Positions 60,915 through 64,000 of a stretch of DNA of 64,000 nucleotides are shown here, one piece after another. The position numbers were made by a program, and so were the translations under genes. Every line of letters begins with the position of its first letter. The stretch's first letter is position 1. This stretch comes from Vicugna vicugna (taxonomy: Eukaryota). The stretch spans positions 5,119,741 to 5,183,740 of the forward strand of contig MU058636.1 in NCBI GenBank assembly GCA_013265495.1, given 5' to 3'. The notes beneath the pieces are model-generated. The model was not told where the DNA came from. It did not search any database and saw only the letters and a list, made by a program, of their open reading frames with translations.

Positions 60915-63900
60915 TTAAAGCAGATTTATTGAGGTTTAATTTAGGTACAGTCAAATTCATTCATTTAAAGTGTATGGTTTGAGGAGTTTTGGCAAATGTA
61001 TATCCATGTAATCACCACTACAATCAAGACAGAGAACATTTTTATCGCCGCCCTCCAAAATTTCTTTATACTTCTTTGTAGTCAATCCCTGACCCCCATC
61101 CCTGGCCTCAGACAATCAGTGATTTGCTGTCATTAGTTTCTGCTTTTTCTAGAATTGCATAAAAATGGAATCATATACTATGGTCTTTTGTGTCTGGCTT
61201 TTTTCTCCTTGAATAATGTTTTTGAGATTTATCCTTATTATTCATATATTAGTAGTTTGTTTCTTTTTATTGCTGAATAGAATTCAGTTTATCAGTTGAT
61301 GGACTTTTGGGATGTCTGCAGCTTAGGGCTATAAATTACAATGCTGCTGTGAACATTCATATGCAATATGGGCACATATACTTTAATTTCTCTTGGGTAA
61401 ATATCTAGGACTGGAATTGTTAGGTTATATGGGATGTTGAATTTGATTAAAACAAAACTACAAACTGTCTTTCAAAGTGGCTGTACCAATTTGCGTTTCC
61501 ACCAACAATGCATAAGATTTAGGGTTGCTTGAACTCCTCACCACTACTTGGTATTGCCATTTCTTTTAATTTTACTGTTCCAGTGTGTCAATGGAGATAT
61601 CTCATTGTGGTTTTAATTTTTTATTTCTCTGATAACCAGTGATGCTGAGCATCTTTTCATGTACTCATTGGCCACTAGTATATCTTCTTTTGTGAAATGC
61701 CCAATCTTTTGTCCATTTTTAAATTGGATTGTTTCTCTTCTTATTGTCATGCTGTGGTGAGTTGATTTCTGGACTCTCTATTCTATTCCATTGGTCCATA
61801 TGCCTGTGCTTCTGCCAACATCATACTGACTTAGCTTTATCATAAGTTTAAGATTGGACAGTGTAAGTCTTCTAACTTTCTGTTTCAAAGTATTTTGGTG
61901 TTTCTAGGTCCTTTGCAACCCCAAATAAACTTTAGAATCATCTAGTGATTTTCTGCAAAATGTCTGCTGGGATTTTGATTGAGATTGCATTGAGTGGATA
62001 CGTTACTTTAAGGAGAAGTGGCATCTTAATGAGATTAAATCTTCCAATTCACAACATGGTATACTTAGCCAGTTATTTAGATTGCCTTTAATTTCTCTCA
62101 GTTAATGTCTTGTAGTTTTCAATATAAACATAGTGTGTATGTTTGATGAAGTGTATTCCTAAGTATTTTTTTGATGTTGCCATAAATGGGTTTTTCCCCC
62201 TAAATTTCACTTTCTAATAGTTTGTTGCTGCTATATAGAAATTCAGTTGATTTTTGTATATTGACCTTGATACTTGTGACCTTACTAAATTCACTTATTA
62301 GTTCTAGGAGCAGCTCTGTAAATCTTTGGGATTTTATATATATGTAATATGATTATCTAAAAATATAGATGGTTTAGTTTCTTTCCAAACTGCCTGCTTT
62401 TGTTTCCTTTTCTTGCCTATTGTATGACTAGGGCTTCTAGTAAGTTGCTGAATTGAATTAAGGGTAGTAGACATATTTACCTTGTTACTGATCTTAAACA
62501 GAAAGCATTCAGTCTTTAACCATTAAAAATGATGTCAGTTGTAAGAGTCTCGTAAATTCTATCAGGTTGAGAAAATTTCCTTTTATTTCTAGTTTACTTA
62601 GAACTTTTATCATAGGTGTGTGTTTAATTTTGTCAAGTAGATTGTCTGCATCTGTTGAGATAATTATAGGGTTTTTCCACTTTAGTATATTAGTATGGTG
62701 AATTATATTAATTTATTTTCAGATATTAAATCAACTTGCATTTCTGATATAAAACTTACTTGATTTTAATGCATTATTCTTCGTATATATTGCAGAATTG
62801 AGTTTGCTAATATATTTTAAAAAGATTTTTGTATTTATATTTGTAAGTGATATTCTTTTCTTATATCTTTGAATGTTTTTGGTATCAGTAATATGGGCTA
62901 ATGATATAAATTGGGAAGTGTGGTAAGCTAAATAATGGTGCTCAAACAGATATCCATGACCTAATCCCCAGAATTCTTGATTATCATCTTATATATAAGT
63001 AAAATTTTGCTAGTATGATTAAGTTAAGATTCTTGAAATGGGGAGATTATCTTGGATTGTCATGATTGTCTGTAAATGCAATCGTAAGTGACTTTACAAG
63101 TAATAGGCAGAGGGAGATCTCACACAGATTGCAAAGGAGAAGGCATACCGAAGAGGAGGAGGAAGTGTGTCCATAGAGGCATAGATTGGAGTAATGTGGC
63201 CACATGCCAAGGAATGCTGGCAGCCACTAGCTGCTGAAAGAGTTAAGAAAAGGATTCCAGCAAGAGCCTCTGGAGGGAGTGCAGCCCAACTCACCCATTG
63301 ATTTTGGCCCATTGGTGCTGTTTTTGGATTTCTGGCCTCCCGAATTGTGAGGGAATAAAGTTCTGTTGTCTTAAGCCAGCAGGTTTATGGTAATTTGTTA
63401 CATTAGCCTCAGGAAACTAATAGAGGAAGTATTCCCTTCTGTATATTCTGGAATATTTTGTGTAGGATTGGTATTATTTCTTCTTTAAATGTTAGAATTC
63501 GCATGTGAAACTCTGGGGTATACTTTTTTATGCCAAGAATGTAAATTATAATTTCAATTAAAAAAATTAACATAGAACCATTTAGGTTCTCTATGTTATC
63601 TTGAGTTAGTTTTGGTTATTTGCATCTTTCAAAGACTTTTTCCACTTCATCTATATAGTTGGGCTTATTGGCATAAAGTTATTAATAATATTTCCTATTG
63701 TCTTTCAAATTTCTGTAGAATCTGTGGTAAAGTCCTCTCTTTCACTCTGGATGTTGGTAATTTGTTTCTTCTCTCTTTTATTCTTGATCAATATAAGTAG
63801 ATGTATATCTATTTCATTAATTTTTTCAGAGAACTTTTTTAGATTCATTGATTTTCCCTATTGTTTAATTTTTATTTTTAAATTTCTGATATTATTTTCT

Positions 63901-64000
63901 TTCTTTTACTTATTTTGGGCTTAACCGATTCTTTTTTTAGGCTCTTAAAGGGAAAATTTTAATTTATTTTATTTTATTTTCCCTTTATCAGTTTCATTAG
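60915..64000 (-). mobile_element. Long old L1 (L1MB/MC/MD-type) 3'UTR and ORF2, running off the window end
   Basis: TTTATTGAGG...ATGGAATCATA...TTTCAAAGTGGCTGTACCA...GGGATTTTGATTGAGATTGCATTGA...GAAAGCATTCAGTCTT...AGGATTGGTATTATTTCTTC. Confidence 0.92.
62919..63424 (+). mobile_element. Complete solo MaLR LTR (MLT1C/D) inserted in L1, with 5-bp TSD
   Basis: Start TGTGGTAAGCT, GATTAAGTTAAGATTCTTGAAATGGGGAGATTAT, AATAAA, end GGAAACTAATAGA. GGAAG is duplicated at 62914-62918 and 63425-63429. Confidence 0.93.

Noticed and set aside
1..64000. Scattered AP-1 sites (TGACTCA/TGAGTCA)
   Set aside because: About a dozen were seen, close to random expectation for a 7-mer on two strands.

Overview
This is eukaryotic, not microbial, DNA: 64 kb of non-coding mammalian sequence, most likely camelid, based on a tRNA-derived SINE of the vicuna/camel (Vic-1) type at ~12.4 kb and no recognisable Alu, B1 or Bov-B/Bov-A. 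I find no credible protein-coding exon. The ORF track consists of short chance ORFs, repeat-derived ORFs and decayed transposon protein fragments. Much of the window is ancient interspersed repeats: MIR, L2, L1M, MaLR (MLT1) LTRs and MER DNA transposons. It also holds a ~2.2 kb hAT/Blackjack transposase fossil that abuts a ~2.1 kb ERV-L pol fossil (YIDD motif readable), and an ERVL/MaLR internal segment that appears partly inverted. The most unusual items are a 6-copy 40-bp repeat separated by variable (TG)n tracts (CRISPR-like in layout but not a CRISPR), a 58-nt pre-miRNA-like hairpin inside an IRF/ETS/RUNX/GATA motif cluster, a CpG-rich patch inside an old MLT1 LTR, and a degenerate 7-mer array. 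Repeat family names come from my recollection of consensus sequences, not from a search, and most boundaries are approximate. I cannot support a claim of a new biological system here.
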